Shown here one piece after another: positions 62,670 through 64,000 of a DNA stretch of 64,000 nt. Position 1 is the first letter of the stretch, and every line of letters begins with the position of its first letter. The position numbers and the translations under genes are program-made. The notes below the pieces were generated by a model, which had not been told where the DNA came from, ran no database searches, and saw only the letters and a program-made list of their open reading frames with translations. Source of the stretch: an uncultured Gemmatimonadaceae bacterium (GTDB lineage Bacteria; Gemmatimonadota; Gemmatimonadetes; Gemmatimonadales; Gemmatimonadaceae); assembly GCA_963843845.1 (NCBI GenBank), contig CAWJMB010000007.1:32875-96874 (forward strand). Direction: 5' to 3'.

Positions 62670-62767
62670 GCCTAACGCCCACGTTAACCTGCGAAGCGGG
62701 CCTCGCGGAGTCTTGCTGCCGGCGCGGAACGTTGGCCCGCTTCGTCAGGTTCAACGACTCGTTAGGC
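62670..62767 (-). repeat. attC site
   Basis: GCCTAACGCCCACGTTAACCTGCGAAGCGGGCC...GGCCCGCTTCGTCAGGTTCAACGACTCGTTAGGC. Confidence 0.93.
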
Positions 62768-62783
62768 CTCAAGCGAGTAGACA

Positions 62784-63348
62784 CTACGCCTTACACATGT
62801 AGCTGAGGCGTCCAATCTCGTCCGATAGGAGGCCAAGGCCGCGCGAGGCGTACAACTCGAACACAGCGCGGACCACAGGCAGCGGGACTTTATACTCCGA
62901 CGCCAGCGCATCGCCGTGCAGCCAAGTTCCGAAGCTCCCCGAGTCGACGCGCTCCACGAGCATCCCCATCGCGTCCGGGTTCTCGAACAACCCGGCCATG
63001 TACAGGACGTAGGTAGGATCGGCGAGCCGCAGCGCCAGCGGATGCTGCCGCCCGAGCACGCGCTGGCCGCGCAGGTGTCCCGCATGCTCCAACAGCGCAA
63101 TGACTCGTGCGTAGTTCGCGAAATCGGCGTCGCCGAGCTCGACCCGTGAACCGTTCGTGCGTTGTACCTCCGCGTACAACATCCGCGAGAATTGCGAACG
63201 TCCGCATGGAGCGCGGAGATCGGGTCCTCCAACTTCGCGAGCCGCTCCTGAACTTTCTTCGCATCCCACTCCGCGCTGATCTGCACGAGCACTCCGCCGA
63301 ACGGGACACCGGCGCCAATGACTCGAGCCGGGGGAAGAGCCAGTTCAT
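62784..63348 (-). CDS. Cassette hypothetical protein (about 188 aa, two apparent frameshifts)
   Basis: Joined reading MNWLFP / ARVIGAGVPFGGVLVQISAEWDAKKVQERLAKLEDPISALHADV / FSRMLYAEV...SYMCKA; lower GC than the host. Confidence 0.6.
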
Positions 63349-63366
63349 TGATGATGCCTGTTTGAG

Positions 63367-63462
63367 GCCTAACGCCCACGTTAAGCTGCGAGGCCGCACG
63401 CGTGATCTGTGCTGCCGGTGAGGAGCGTGCGCGCCCTCGTCAGCTGCAACGACTCGTTAGGC
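63367..63462 (-). repeat. attC site
   Basis: GCCTAACGCCCACGTTAAGCTGCGAGG...CCTCGTCAGCTGCAACGACTCGTTAGGC. Confidence 0.93.
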
Positions 63463-63481
63463 AGCGGCGCGATCGGTTCGC

Positions 63482-63964
63482 TCAGACGAGGACCACGATT
63501 GCCCAGACTGCGACGGCCAACGGTAGGACGAAATCTACGGCGGAACGTCCAACTGACACGGGTGGAGCGACACGGGCCCACCGCGAATAGTCCTCACGAA
63601 TCACGTCATGAATTCCGCGTTCGAGAATCGGCAACCGCTCAATTCTCTGCCGGCGTTCGCGCCCATCTTCCACCATCCGGTCGAAATGCTCGTTGTACCG
63701 CAGCTTCCACGCGACGAAGTCGCTGAGCGCATACGCCGCAAACGCGAGCAGGAAGTAGGCGACTAGCCCAGCGAGCGACCACAGCAGTCGCTGCTGGTCG
63801 GCCTGCTGGAACTCGATCCCAAGCGCTGAGATCTTCGTCGGCACAAGGCCCGCGTACCGTGTAGCGAGGGCCACAGCACTCACCGCAAGTAGCGACCTCC
63901 GCTCAGCCCTCGTGACATTCGAGAGCGGGTCAAGGAGAGTGACCTCAGCAGCAGACGGTTCCAT
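63482..63964 (-). CDS. Cassette membrane protein (160 aa)
   Basis: DPLSNVTRAERRSLL, GLVPTKISALGIEF, three hydrophobic segments. Confidence 0.8.
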   Translation of the reverse strand: MEPSAAEVTLLDPLSNVTRAERRSLLAVSAVALATRYAGLVPTKISALGIEFQQADQQRLLWSLAGLVAYFLLAFAAYALSDFVAWKLRYNEHFDRMVEDGRERRQRIERLPILERGIHDVIREDYSRWARVAPPVSVGRSAVDFVLPLAVAVWAIVVLV

Positions 63965-63988
63965 GCGTCACGGTCATGTGTGTCGGCT

Positions 63989-64000
63989 GGCTAACGCCAA
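63989..64000 (-). repeat. Start of another attC, cut by the window edge
   Basis: GGCTAACGCCAA located about 25 bp before the cassette ORF start. Confidence 0.6.

Larger units (their letters stand above)
57085..64000 (-). mobile_element. Integron gene-cassette array (distal end; integrase not in window)
   Basis: About 10 related attC sites (GCCTAAC...GTTAGGC, conserved CTGC.A / TCGTCAG.T.CAAC inner boxes), each following one or two short minus-strand genes. Confidence 0.93.

Noticed and set aside
57521..64000. Regular repeats read as a CRISPR array
   Set aside because: Repeats are about 100-bp imperfect palindromes separated by whole genes; no cas genes are present

Overview
GC-rich (roughly 70-75% by eye) bacterial chromosome segment whose gene content and style suggest Gemmatimonadota (inference). 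Clustered single-base indels, including in ddl, look like long-read assembly errors. Positions 1-57 kb hold housekeeping and secreted-enzyme genes: cystathionine beta-synthase end, ddl, rhomboid, queF, tRNA-Phe, two sensor kinases, rtcB, VOC dioxygenases, many peptidases, an ECF sigma/FecR/TonB-receptor trio, a probable sphingolipid locus (ceramide synthase-like GNAT + serine palmitoyltransferase + PAP2), ogt, msrA, a GGDEF-EAL gene and tspO. Positions 57.1-64 kb are the distal end of an integron cassette array on the minus strand. It has about 10 attC sites and about 10 cassettes, with four toxin-antitoxin pairs, a SLATT-like gene and a truncated IS3 inside an attC. No integrase is in the window. 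The most unexpected signal is the motif (C)GTTAGGC, identical to the attC core. I count 23 copies outside the array, 19 of them written into proteins as the rare TTA-GGC codon pair. Two families of dispersed palindromic intergenic elements are also present.
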